Shown here: piece after piece, positions 49,898-59,845 of the stretch | Layout of the letters: every line of letters starts with the position of its first letter | Position numbering within the stretch: position 1 is the first letter of the stretch | Assembly: GCA_020631355.1 (NCBI GenBank) | Contig: JAHDHL010000002.1 | Location: forward strand, 291,317 to 355,316 | Source of the DNA: Saprospiraceae bacterium | GTDB taxonomy: Bacteria > Bacteroidota > Bacteroidia > Chitinophagales > Saprospiraceae | DNA length: 64,000 bases | Reading direction: 5' to 3' | Notes under the pieces: generated by a model | The model's input: only the letters and a program-made list of their open reading frames with translations | Database searches by the model: none | What the model was told of the DNA's origin: nothing | Translations under genes and position numbers: made by a program

Positions 49898-51049
49898 TTA
49901 TTCATTGATGGAATCCCCATAAAAAGGAGTATTCGACCTTGAGCCTTCTCCCTCAAGGATTTGTTTCAGGGATTTCTTATCCAATGGATCATTATCAGAA
50001 ATCCCTACAATCTTCAGTTCAGTCCTGCGGTTTTGTTCGTGCCTTGTGTCGGCACACTTGATACCATTACCACATTCATTCACTAACTGGGATTCACCGT
50101 ATCCTTTCCACGTCAGATTTTTCGGAAGAATTCCTCTACTCACCAAATAATCAACAGCGGATTTTGCTCTCCTATCGGATAGGTTCATGTTATAGGCATC
50201 ACTACCCCTAGCATCCGTATGGGAACCCATTTCGAGTTGGATGGCCGGATTGTCCTTGAGTACGGTCAGTACATTATCCAATACCAAAGCTGCATCTGGT
50301 CGGATATTGGCCTTATCATAATCATAGTATAGATTCTCGATCTTGAACGTCTTGTTCAATTCAACGGGTTCCAGTTCCATATTTCCCAAGAACGATCCCA
50401 TCTGATTATCATTAACCATGACATCCACTACATTCGGCCTGACCATGCCCATTCCATCAAAGCAAAGGATACAACCCTTTACATTGATATAGGCCTCTAT
50501 GCGCTTGGTGAGATAACCTTTCTTACGAACCATGATGGTATAGTGATTTCCCTCCTCAAAGTTGAATTTGAAACTTGAGATAGGATGATCCTTCAGGGAT
50601 AATTCCTGTTTACGGGTTGTGTTATTGTATACCTCAATCCTAGCCCCAATGATATTCTCTACCCTTGCCTTTCCATTGATAGGATGCGCACTGGTGAGAC
50701 TTACGTCGAATGTATACCCCGGTTTACGTTCCATGATGATGTTCACGGGTTGAACATCGTCCTTGGCGGTTATTTCCGTTTCACGGAAGAAGAACGATTT
50801 CTTCTCTGCGACTAATCTATACTTAGCATTGACTGGTACATTCAGACTGAATTCACCATCATTATTAGACAAGGCATTGGCTATGACTTCATTTGTCACC
50901 AAATCATAAGCCGTAACATTGACATTCTTGATTTTTCCTAGGTTATTCTTCTCGGCAGTAGTACCCGTTACGGTAGCTATCTGTCCCTGAAGATTGGTAC
51001 TCCCCAATAATAGCAGGGAAGAAAGGGTGAAGATGAATAAGTGTTTCAT
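49898..51049 (-). CDS. OmpA-family protein with an N-terminal CarbopepD_reg-like domain
   Basis: C-terminal OmpA-like motif FDYDKANIRPDAALVLDNVLTVLKDNP...LEMGSHTDARGSDAYNMNLSDRRAKSAVDYLVSRGI. Signal peptide present. Confidence 0.75.
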   Translation of the reverse strand: MKHLFIFTLSSLLLLGSTNLQGQIATVTGTTAEKNNLGKIKNVNVTAYDLVTNEVIANALSNNDGEFSLNVPVNAKYRLVAEKKSFFFRETEITAKDDVQPVNIIMERKPGYTFDVSLTSAHPINGKARVENIIGARIEVYNNTTRKQELSLKDHPISSFKFNFEEGNHYTIMVRKKGYLTKRIEAYINVKGCILCFDGMGMVRPNVVDVMVNDNQMGSFLGNMELEPVELNKTFKIENLYYDYDKANIRPDAALVLDNVLTVLKDNPAIQLEMGSHTDARGSDAYNMNLSDRRAKSAVDYLVSRGILPKNLTWKGYGESQLVNECGNGIKCADTRHEQNRRTELKIVGISDNDPLDKKSLKQILEGEGSRSNTPFYGDSINE

Positions 51050-51510
51050 AATTCTTTAAGTTAAGGGTGTGGCACAGCATTACAGGGCTGTCAAGGACAG
51101 CATGCTTGCATTCAATTTTACTCATTATTGTATCGGAAATGCCTGAGGGATTCAGGTTCGTCTAAGGATGTCCCATATACAGTGAGACATTATTGGAAAG
51201 GACTTGGTTAGGGTCTTATTCCAATGGGACCGGATGCTATGGTTCAATCATATTAAAAAGGTTTATAGTTCAAAAATGACTTCCTCATTTTCAGTTTTCA
51301 CCTCATCGTTGTTCAAGAGTTCTAACGGGCACGTTGATTTAAAAGTTACTTAAAATTTCTTAAAAAAGCAAAAAAATATATGTAAAACTATCCTAATCAG
51401 ACATTTAGGTATTTACAAGACTCTTATGAATTCTATTTAAATAGTACTTCATTAAATCATTTTATCATATAATCACTTACATTTACCCTGAATTCTAAAA
51501 CGAATATAGT

Positions 51511-52074
51511 ATGTCAGCAGACAAGCCACTCATTGTATCCCGATTACCATTGAAGACCGTTGCCGTATATCTCATCCTTGGGGTTTTGGGCTGTGGAACA
51601 GTGAGTGCCCTACATATCATTAACATCAATTGGGAGCAATTTGGTTCCGTACATACAATACTAGATCTCCTTACCGGCATCTTATTCTTCGGTCTGGCCA
51701 TTTCATTCCTGATTCGGTCCACCAGGCGATTGGACTTATTCAATGACCGAATCATTAGGCGATCCATTACGGGGAAAAAAGAACAATTCTTCAAGGATTT
51801 TGGTGGTCATCATGTTGATGATTCCGATAATATGACCCTAGCATATGCCAGGGGCTATTTCAGAGGAATCATCGTGAAACAAAAAAACGGTAAACACTTT
51901 TCCCTCAACCGTGCAGAGCTTTCACAATTCGATTCCGTGAAGAAACACTTCAAGACGCGTTGTAAGCATTTCAATAACCAATCCATCAAGAAACTCGTAC
52001 AACGCGAGGATAGGAAGCTATCCCTTTACCTGATTGTAGCCATCAGCCTCATCATTGCTAGTATGTTACATTAG
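51511..52074 (+). CDS. Membrane protein, hypothetical
   Basis: 187 aa with three hydrophobic helices. Confidence 0.4.
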   Translation: MSADKPLIVSRLPLKTVAVYLILGVLGCGTVSALHIININWEQFGSVHTILDLLTGILFFGLAISFLIRSTRRLDLFNDRIIRRSITGKKEQFFKDFGGHHVDDSDNMTLAYARGYFRGIIVKQKNGKHFSLNRAELSQFDSVKKHFKTRCKHFNNQSIKKLVQREDRKLSLYLIVAISLIIASMLH

Positions 52075-52101
52075 GATTCTGATAAGCATGAATAACCAAC
52101 C

Positions 52102-52608
52102 ATGAATAGATACTTGGCCATACTCCTTCTTCTCATTTTATCAACCTCGGGCTGCGCAGAGTTGAAGCAGATAAAAAATAATGATACAGTAATTGAAAAC
52201 GAAACGAATATGAAGCAACAAATCGCGACTTTTCTGACATTCCAAGATAACAATGCTGAAAATGCCATGAATTTTTATGTGGGATTATTCGATAATTCTA
52301 AAATCATCAAGATTGATAGATGGGGAGAAAATAGTCCCGGCAAAGAGGGACAAATCATGCACGCGACATTCGAATTGAATGGAAAGTTATTCATGTGTAG
52401 TGATAGCCCTCCGATTCACGATTGGGATTTCACACCTGCAATTTCCAACTTTGTAGAATGTGGGAATGATGCAGAAATTGAGCGACTATTCTCCGAATTA
52501 TCTGAAGGTGGCACCGTAACCATGCCATTGAACAACTATGGATTCAGTCAAAAATTCGGTTGGGTGATTGACCCATTCGGTATTTCGTGGCAATTGAATC
52601 TGAAATAA
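52102..52608 (+). CDS. VOC/glyoxalase-fold protein (PhnB-like) lipoprotein
   Basis: FLTFQDNNAENAMNFYVGLF...IMHATFELNGKLFMCSD...FGWVIDPFGISWQLN pattern, typical of the PhnB/3-demethylubiquinone-methyltransferase-like VOC family. Confidence 0.6.
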   Translation: MNRYLAILLLLILSTSGCAELKQIKNNDTVIENETNMKQQIATFLTFQDNNAENAMNFYVGLFDNSKIIKIDRWGENSPGKEGQIMHATFELNGKLFMCSDSPPIHDWDFTPAISNFVECGNDAEIERLFSELSEGGTVTMPLNNYGFSQKFGWVIDPFGISWQLNLK

Positions 52609-52674
52609 AATAACACACAAGTAAGCCATGTCATTTACTTGATACCAATCGGGCAACATCTCAATATCCTTGTT

Positions 52675-53145
52675 ATGAAGAATCAATTCATCATCATTCT
52701 TTTTACCCTGTTCCTATACTCCTGTCATACCTCTCCCACAGAAATCCCGACTGTTGAGGAGGGGATGGAAGAAGTGGTTGATATCCGTACGGAACCTGAT
52801 TATGCGGATTGGGAAACATTCTGGACCACATTCCAAAAAGCAGCTGCGGATGATGACAAAGCAACCATTGCCGGAATGACACTATTCGGGAATCATATAC
52901 AGGAAGAATTCTTCAATGATAATTATACGGTATTCTTCGGTCAGGAAATGAAAGAAATCATTGCCAAGACCCAAGCTTCAGATGTGGAAAAGGTACATGA
53001 TATGGAATTCCCCGACGGGCGTTCTATCACCTATGAGGAATTTGACATTGATGAGGATGGGAATGAAGTGGGTTCTGCACTGATGATTTATTTTGGGAAA
53101 CAGGATGGTATTTTTAAGATTATGATGTTTTTTGCGGCTGGGTGA
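52675..53145 (+). CDS. Hypothetical lipoprotein
   Basis: Lipobox LFLYSC. Acidic. Start taken at MKNQFIII. Confidence 0.4.
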   Translation: MKNQFIIILFTLFLYSCHTSPTEIPTVEEGMEEVVDIRTEPDYADWETFWTTFQKAAADDDKATIAGMTLFGNHIQEEFFNDNYTVFFGQEMKEIIAKTQASDVEKVHDMEFPDGRSITYEEFDIDEDGNEVGSALMIYFGKQDGIFKIMMFFAAG

Positions 53146-53160
53146 TTTGGAGAAAAGAAA

Positions 53161-55233
53161 TCACACCTTCGCCTTATCATTCACTTTTTTAATTATTTGT
53201 AACAATTTCATTCTCAATTTATCTTCTCTAATCGTAACCAAATCTAAGGGTTTTCTAGTAAAAATTCGATCTTCCTCATTCATTTTGTATTCATAAGACA
53301 AGTGATTTAATTCCTGTTCATAGTCGCCTAAAACCTTTAGAATTTCTATCGCTTTTAATGGATGGTTTATTGAAACCTGATACTCAGCATTCTGCAAAGT
53401 ATAATCTATAGTATCAGCAGCATCTCTATCTAATTCATTAAAACCCATCATACCCAAATCAATTCCTGATAATTGATAAATTCCTACAAGAAACATTCTA
53501 ACAATATTGGTTAATCCTCCGTACCATTCCACACCATTAATCAAACCTGACATATTTTTAAATTTCAACGAATTATAATTAGTTGATAATAAATTAAACC
53601 AGTCGAATTTATTGAAGTATTCTGTTTGAATAGAAAGAAATACTTCGCCATTCATAATGGGGTACTCACATTTTTCTAAATCCTTAAACTCAGAGTCAAT
53701 CAAAACACTAAAATGATTCCCATAAGTATAACTTTTCTCTAATCTTCCTATAAGATATTTCAAGGCATTATATATCTTATTCTTCTCTATTTCTGCGTCT
53801 TCTATTTCTTCAATGCCTAAATAGGACTTGTATTCATTGCTTCTTTCTCTATCCGCCAACATTTGGAGAAAATACCACTCATCACCATCTACGGAATGGG
53901 TTACTAAATAATAGTCTATTAAAGAAATAGCGTGTGGAATTGCTTTAGCATTCACAAATTCAAGAGCTAAATCTAAATAATCAACCCTATTGACATTCTT
54001 ATTATTAAGGATTTGCAAAATACATATCAAAGCATTTATTATTTTACAATACTCCTTATAAAAATAAACAAAGGTAACCAACATCGTATCATAGGCTAGT
54101 TCCAAAAGCTTAGCCCTAAATGAAAACAAGGTCAGTTCAATCCTGACAAGAGGTACATCCTTGTACTTCTCCCTTAATTGCTTAACAGCATCAACAATAG
54201 AGTTCTTCGAAATTAATTCAAGGACATGAACAAAATCATTATCGTCCTGAGGGGAATAATTTTGGATATCCTTTACTACATCATTTAAATGAAAATTCAC
54301 ATCAGCGACTCCCTCTTTAATTCTCACCCCCCATTCTTCCTCTATTTTATCACATAGTATCATCTTATTTTTCAAGCCACACAGTAAAAACTCATATCCC
54401 TTTGGTAGCTTCTCATATGCTAAACAATACTTCTGCAAATCTTCAGATGCAGCATCAAAATAGCCTTTCTTCGCTAATGATAATACATTCTTAAATGGGT
54501 CTACTTTTGGATACAACACAAATCTTCCCAATTCGTCTCCTCTTACATCCAATGGTCTGAATATAGGATTTTGACGCTCTTTCGTTTCTAATCGAACTGC
54601 ATCAGATACACTATTTGCTAGCTTACTAACAGACAATGGACCATTATTCTTTTCTAATTCTGCTAATAGATTCTTAGCAAATGGACTATTTTCTTCCTCA
54701 TTTCCATCTAATGCATACTCCCTACTATGGCAAGATGAAAACCCATTACGTGATGGCCTTTTCTCATCTTTTCGATTGGATATTGAACTCTTAGTTTTCA
54801 AGAAAATACTTCCAGAAAAACAAGCATCCACTACTAGTAACATATGATGACAACCTACTGATTTTAACCTATCAGTTAAGTCACTAGAAGATACGAAACC
54901 AGAATCAACACCTTTCTTTGCTCCGAAAGGAAGCCAATAACCTATGTCATCTATGTTTTCGCCGTGACCAGAGAAATAAATAATTAGATTATCATCCTTT
55001 GTAACTTGACCTCTCAAACTCCTTATCGCAGAAAGTATGTTATCCCTAGTAGCATTCTCGTTAAATAATGGAGAACCACCAATTAGTTCAAATTGATATT
55101 TATTTACTAGTATCGATGAAATTTTCTTGGCATCGTATACACAATTATCTAGTTCCGTAAGGCCATTTTTGTATTTATCTATCGCAATGAACAAGCAATA
55201 ATTCTTTCCTTTCAAAATTTCATTACTTGGCAT
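53161..55233 (-). CDS. Caspase-like (peptidase C14) protein with a 450-aa C-terminal domain of unknown function
   Basis: YCLFIAIDKY...DNLIIYFSGHG (catalytic His) ...HMLLVVDACFSG (catalytic Cys) give the canonical caspase His-Cys dyad. The remainder is helical with no known motif. AT-rich gene. Confidence 0.7.
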   Translation of the reverse strand: MPSNEILKGKNYCLFIAIDKYKNGLTELDNCVYDAKKISSILVNKYQFELIGGSPLFNENATRDNILSAIRSLRGQVTKDDNLIIYFSGHGENIDDIGYWLPFGAKKGVDSGFVSSSDLTDRLKSVGCHHMLLVVDACFSGSIFLKTKSSISNRKDEKRPSRNGFSSCHSREYALDGNEEENSPFAKNLLAELEKNNGPLSVSKLANSVSDAVRLETKERQNPIFRPLDVRGDELGRFVLYPKVDPFKNVLSLAKKGYFDAASEDLQKYCLAYEKLPKGYEFLLCGLKNKMILCDKIEEEWGVRIKEGVADVNFHLNDVVKDIQNYSPQDDNDFVHVLELISKNSIVDAVKQLREKYKDVPLVRIELTLFSFRAKLLELAYDTMLVTFVYFYKEYCKIINALICILQILNNKNVNRVDYLDLALEFVNAKAIPHAISLIDYYLVTHSVDGDEWYFLQMLADRERSNEYKSYLGIEEIEDAEIEKNKIYNALKYLIGRLEKSYTYGNHFSVLIDSEFKDLEKCEYPIMNGEVFLSIQTEYFNKFDWFNLLSTNYNSLKFKNMSGLINGVEWYGGLTNIVRMFLVGIYQLSGIDLGMMGFNELDRDAADTIDYTLQNAEYQVSINHPLKAIEILKVLGDYEQELNHLSYEYKMNEEDRIFTRKPLDLVTIREDKLRMKLLQIIKKVNDKAKV

Positions 55234-55765
55234 TCTGTTTTTTTCTTTTCTTATCCATTTCGTACATCAATTCCCAAAAGTCGTTCAGATATAATGTATC
55301 TGTATAAACTTTCGAAGAATCGACACTCAATACTGACTGACGAACGATGAAATGCTCTTTATTCGCAGGCTCTTTGGGAACTGGTTGATTTATTTCTTCT
55401 TTTTTATTCAAGGACTGATATCCAAAAATAGCCGTAAATATTAACGCAAGAATGAACAGTCCAAATTGGCACGAATAATAAAGTCTAACACTACCTCCAT
55501 TAATAGAATATTCGCCACTTTGCCCATCATCCTTAATTGGCTGTAGAGTTCCTGTCAGTGACATTAGGGTAAATATCCCAAACAATATGGAAAAAATGAA
55601 CGCACCCCATGCTAATCCTAATAACCAGATACTATCCTCGTTACCTCCCCCTACGATATTCTTAGAAAAAGCAATGGTAACTGTAATAATAGCCGACGAA
55701 ATCGATATAAGTTGCTTGGCAGTATCAGCAGCAAAATCAAATGCTTTTTTTTCATTTTCTTTCAT
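55223..55765 (-). CDS. Small multi-TM membrane protein co-transcribed with the caspase-like gene
   Basis: 180 aa with 3 TM helices and a cytoplasmic tail. The last 11 bp overlap the caspase-like gene start. Confidence 0.5.
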   Translation of the reverse strand: MKENEKKAFDFAADTAKQLISISSAIITVTIAFSKNIVGGGNEDSIWLLGLAWGAFIFSILFGIFTLMSLTGTLQPIKDDGQSGEYSINGGSVRLYYSCQFGLFILALIFTAIFGYQSLNKKEEINQPVPKEPANKEHFIVRQSVLSVDSSKVYTDTLYLNDFWELMYEMDKKRKKQNAK

Positions 55766-55768
55766 AAT

Positions 55769-56074
55769 CTAACATATTGGCCATAGTGGGCAGAAGAATT
55801 GCTTCACCTTAGCCAAGGCGTCAGCCTCTACCACTCCATCCCCGCTTCTGTAAGTAGTAGTATGGTTTTCTAGTTCCCTAATTATTTTGATGAAATTCTG
55901 TTTCGCAGCATCAATTGAAGATGGAGAAACCCTATCTTCCATCACCATACGGTCAGCTGACCGCTCTACTAACTTTCTGAATACAGGATAAAATTCATCT
56001 GAAATTTCTGCATTCAATTTATTTAATGCAATTAAAGATGCTTCCATAAGCTGATCAACAATTTCTTCTTTCAT
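55769..56074 (-). CDS. Small (101 aa) soluble helical protein, first gene of the operon
   Basis: Ends 3 bp before the membrane-protein start. No known motif. Confidence 0.4.
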   Translation of the reverse strand: MKEEIVDQLMEASLIALNKLNAEISDEFYPVFRKLVERSADRMVMEDRVSPSSIDAAKQNFIKIIRELENHTTTYRSGDGVVEADALAKVKQFFCPLWPIC

Positions 56075-56248
56075 ATTTTTATTTATTTAGAATCTGTTCC
56101 TGAAATTAAGTATTACAATAATCAATTCATAATTCAATTATCATTTTCCACAACCCCTATGTCATTCCTCTCCCCTCCCCTCTGGAACTTATTCTCCATT
56201 TTATTGCTTTATTGTAGCGAATTGATAATAAAAAATCGCTAACCATTC

Positions 56249-56280
56249 CGGACCAAAGTTGCTTACAACTTTGGTCCGGA
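56249..56280. promoter_or_regulatory. Perfect 14-bp inverted repeat (candidate operator) in a divergent promoter region
   Basis: ccggaccaaagttg-ctta-caactttggtccgg, 15 bp upstream of the nucleoside-hydrolase-like start and about 175 bp upstream of the caspase operon start. No U-tract on either side. Confidence 0.35.
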
Positions 56281-56295
56281 AACATAATACCCAAA

Positions 56296-57171
56296 ATGAA
56301 ACCGATTGATATTATACTAGACATGGAAACGGCTGACCCAGATGATGTGATGACACTCTGTCTCGCCATCCATCACCCTATGGTTCGACTCAGGGCTGTT
56401 ACCGTCACTCCGGGTACAGACGAACAAGTAGGGCTTGTCAGACATATCCTAAAACAATCCGAACTTGATATCCCTGTGGGAAGTTACCGGATAGGTTATG
56501 ATAAGAATTGTGTATCCGGTTTCCATTACAAATGGATAGGTAAGATTCAGGAAGCATCGCCTGATGATGAGGGCTATAAGATTATCGAGCATACCATCAA
56601 GCAATTCCCACATCTTACACTCCTTACCGGTGCCCCTTTGAAGAACATGTCGAAATTCAGTGAGGACATACAGCTGGAAAGATGGGTAGCCCAAGGTGGT
56701 TTTGCCGGGGATAATGTTGTTCCTGAATCTTATCGTCTGGATAAGTTCAAAGGAATGCTCACATGCCCTACATTCAACTTCAATGGCGACCCGAGCACTG
56801 CGGAACGTTTGCTAAAAGCGGATAATGTCCTAAAGAAATACATGGTATCCAAGAATGTATGTCATGGTGTGGTTTATGACGCTGAAATGCACGAACAATT
56901 CGAACCTTTCAGGCATGATTCATATGCCATGAACCTTGCATTCAAAGGGATGGATATTTATTTGAAAAGGAAACCCAGGGGTAAGAAATTCCATGACCCG
57001 CTAGCCTTGGCTGCTGCCATAGAATTATCCGTTTGTGAATTCAAGGAAGTGGAGATGTATCGTAAAAGAGGCGGATGGGGTGCCGAACTCAAGACGGGGT
57101 CGAATACCTTTATCTCCATCAAGGCCGATACGAGTAAGATGATTCGGATACTTACAGGACAAGAGGGGTGA
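56296..57171 (+). CDS. Inosine-uridine-preferring nucleoside hydrolase (IUNH)-like protein
   Basis: N-terminal Asp cluster IILDMETADPDDVMTL resembles the nucleoside-hydrolase DxDxxxDD motif. 291 aa. Confidence 0.5.
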   Translation: MKPIDIILDMETADPDDVMTLCLAIHHPMVRLRAVTVTPGTDEQVGLVRHILKQSELDIPVGSYRIGYDKNCVSGFHYKWIGKIQEASPDDEGYKIIEHTIKQFPHLTLLTGAPLKNMSKFSEDIQLERWVAQGGFAGDNVVPESYRLDKFKGMLTCPTFNFNGDPSTAERLLKADNVLKKYMVSKNVCHGVVYDAEMHEQFEPFRHDSYAMNLAFKGMDIYLKRKPRGKKFHDPLALAAAIELSVCEFKEVEMYRKRGGWGAELKTGSNTFISIKADTSKMIRILTGQEG

Positions 57172-57222
57172 GTATTGAGAAAAACCAGTTTTAAATATTC
57201 CTGAAAAAGGAATCAACTAAAT

Positions 57223-57837
57223 TCAGGATTTCCTTACAGGTATCTGTCGAATCAGCTCATCATATTTATTCAAGACATTGAGATAATCCAAATGTATATC
57301 AGTCATTTTATTATCCGCATCCAATCTGGTGGATTCACCATTCACAACCTTAATCATTTTGGATAAATCATTCTGACCATTGCGTATTCTCTCTTTTGTC
57401 AGAATGACTTGTTGGTTGATTGTATTTTCCATGATTTCTTTCAACCAATCATCCACAATACCCGTAATCTTAAATTGACCGAAATATGTTGCGATAATGA
57501 TTTGGGGCAAAATGGATAGGAAATATTTATATTCTTCTTCAATACGAAATATTTCTTCTACTTCGGTTATTTTTAATTTAGGGATAATGACATGAGTCTC
57601 CCATTCCCACCTTTTGAGAAAACGGTCTAGGAAATCAAGCAGGAATAACTTTTCTCCTTTTTTCTTATAATATTCTTCCAGTTGGTCTAAGACATCCCAA
57701 CCCTCATCATTCCCGAATGGTGCGAATTCTTCCAGTATACTGATAAAAAAGTCATCAGGTAATAATTGATTGAAATGTGGATGACAATACTCCCTTTCCA
57801 AATCAAAATCATCGTTGCAAAAGTATAGTTTCGACAT
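57223..57837 (-). CDS. Hypothetical cytoplasmic protein (downstream partner of the Cys-rich secreted protein)
   Basis: 204 aa, acidic, no signal peptide. 95 bp downstream of the 57933 gene on the same strand. Confidence 0.45.
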   Translation of the reverse strand: MSKLYFCNDDFDLEREYCHPHFNQLLPDDFFISILEEFAPFGNDEGWDVLDQLEEYYKKKGEKLFLLDFLDRFLKRWEWETHVIIPKLKITEVEEIFRIEEEYKYFLSILPQIIIATYFGQFKITGIVDDWLKEIMENTINQQVILTKERIRNGQNDLSKMIKVVNGESTRLDADNKMTDIHLDYLNVLNKYDELIRQIPVRKS

Positions 57838-57932
57838 ATTGACATGTAGAAATTTATGTTATTCCTAAACATACTCGATGAATAATGATACATAAAGTCG
57901 TTCAAGAAATCATGATATATTGATTCTTATCG

Positions 57933-58586
57933 CTATTCAGGAATACATTCACAAATCTTTGCATTAGGCTTTCCCGTTGTAGGATTATAACTACCACAAC
58001 ATGAATAGAAACCCTCCCCACAGCTGACAGAACACTTAACTGATATACTCGCTGATGCGACTCCTACACCACCATCAATACTACAACCCTTGGAACCCTC
58101 TCCTCCTGCAAAACAGATAAGTGTTTCGGTGGTATCATTTCCTCTTGTTTCATCATTATCAAATCCATCAAAAGGTAAACCAGTAGTTTTCGATAAGGCT
58201 TCATAAACACTACCTGTTGACTGTATTTCTAACTTGAACTTATCAGTGGAAACCCTTTCCTCTAGGGATATCTTAGCAAGGCCATAACCTGAATACTTCA
58301 CCTGTTCTTTTGCAACACCTGTTACACCAAAGGTTACGTTCTTTTCTCCATTCGATATGGAAAGAAAATCTTCAGTATAATGTACCTTATAATCAGGATA
58401 ACTATCATCCAATCGGCTAGAATTACCTTGCAGTACAAAGAATTCATTTGTCATTCCATCCTCATTTAATAGGATAGCCAATTCATCATTTTGGGATGAT
58501 AATACTTCGATTGTATTTTTAGTGGATGTTGTTGCTTTAGAATTGGTTTGGGAACAATTCAGAGAAACCAGAATCACACTAGACAC
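57933..58586 (-). CDS. Secreted protein with the novel Cys-rich C-terminal domain (paralog of 23292-23909); start codon uncertain
   Basis: C-terminus CSIDGGVGVASASISVKCSVSCGEGFYSCCGSYNPTTGKPNAKICECIPE. N-domain similarity AILLNEDGMTNEFFVLQGN versus IMKINEQGNVTEYFVIQN. The frame is open upstream (KFNIIKFISILFIVSSVILVSLNC, a signal or lipoprotein peptide) but has no in-frame ATG; a GTG or a rarer codon serves as start. Confidence 0.5.
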   Translation of the reverse strand: MSSVILVSLNCSQTNSKATTSTKNTIEVLSSQNDELAILLNEDGMTNEFFVLQGNSSRLDDSYPDYKVHYTEDFLSISNGEKNVTFGVTGVAKEQVKYSGYGLAKISLEERVSTDKFKLEIQSTGSVYEALSKTTGLPFDGFDNDETRGNDTTETLICFAGGEGSKGCSIDGGVGVASASISVKCSVSCGEGFYSCCGSYNPTTGKPNAKICECIPE

Positions 58587-58729
58587 GATAAATAAGATGC
58601 TAATGAATTTGATAATGTTGAATTTTTGATGCTCCTTTTATTTCAGGAACTGGTTATAAATGATTTTCAAACGCTATCTTAAAAGAGTCCACCTTAAAAA
58701 AATGTGACTCCTCTTTGTGAGATTTATAA

Positions 58730-59845
58730 CTACAATGCTTTTTCAAATATCCCATAAGTCTTATATACCTCGCCAAAGAAGTTTTGCATGGCTCTATTCA
58801 TCATTACATTGTCTTCCAAAATCCAGGAACCCTCGGCATATTTTATCCCTCTTTCCTTGGCATGTTTCAATGCTTCGTAACACAACAAACCATCAAGTCC
58901 CTTATTCCTATACTCGGGTAATGTTCCCAATAGAATCACCCGACTCCATGTATGGGATTTTTTCTGGGTCAATAACTTAAGGAAATTAAATGGGAATAAT
59001 CGGCCATTCATGGATTTCAACACCTCATACCAGTCGGGCATAGCTACGATGATAGCTACGGGCTCATTATTGATGTATGCGAATTGAATGAGGTTCGGAT
59101 CTGCCAGTGGCTTGAATGCCTTGGCCAATTCCTTGAACTCACTGTCCGTCATCGGTACATCCCCCCAATTCTTCTCCCATGCCCGTGTATAGATATGCTG
59201 GATGATTTTCACATCCTCAGCCAATTTCTTCAGATTCAAGGGTCTTAGGCTTACGTTATAACGCTTCCTGACCAATTCATTGATTCTGGATAACTTGGGA
59301 TGGTTGATGGCCTTGTCCACATCTAAACGATAGGCAAATAGATTCTTGAGTTTCCGGAATCCGTAACCATTCACCAAGTCCACATAATATTTGGGATTAT
59401 AGGTCATCATGATACGGGGTGCATCATCAAAACCATCTATCAGTAACCCATAGTCATAACTGATACTTGGATTAGCAGTACCATAAACACGTTTGTACTT
59501 CCCTTTTTTCCTCAGATGGTCAAAAGCCGCATCAAATAATGCATTGGCCACATCCTGATCATTGATACATTCAAAGAAACCGACAAAAGCAGTATCCTTT
59601 TCCTGATGTTCCTCATGCAGGCCATTGGTAATCGCAGTAATTCGGCCTACGACCTCACCCTTTCGCCTTGCAAGGAAATGTTGCATGGTTCCGTATTCGT
59701 AAAAAGGGTGCTTAGGAGAGAATATCGTCTTGAAATCCATAATCAGAGGAGCTACCCAATGTTTGTCTCCCTCGTAGATTTTCCAAGGGAACATCGTGAA
59801 TGCTTTCTGATCTTTTTTCCCATTGACCGGTTGGACCTGAATCAT
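58730..59845 (-). CDS. Large GNAT-like (FemAB/BioF2-like fold) acyltransferase, putative N-acyltransferase in the lipid cluster
   Basis: About 370 aa with no signal peptide. The assignment rests on the architecture typical of tandem-GNAT N-acyltransferases and on adjacency to the Spt-like gene. The motif match itself is weak. Confidence 0.4.
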   Translation of the reverse strand: MIQVQPVNGKKDQKAFTMFPWKIYEGDKHWVAPLIMDFKTIFSPKHPFYEYGTMQHFLARRKGEVVGRITAITNGLHEEHQEKDTAFVGFFECINDQDVANALFDAAFDHLRKKGKYKRVYGTANPSISYDYGLLIDGFDDAPRIMMTYNPKYYVDLVNGYGFRKLKNLFAYRLDVDKAINHPKLSRINELVRKRYNVSLRPLNLKKLAEDVKIIQHIYTRAWEKNWGDVPMTDSEFKELAKAFKPLADPNLIQFAYINNEPVAIIVAMPDWYEVLKSMNGRLFPFNFLKLLTQKKSHTWSRVILLGTLPEYRNKGLDGLLCYEALKHAKERGIKYAEGSWILEDNVMMNRAMQNFFGEVYKTYGIFEKAL

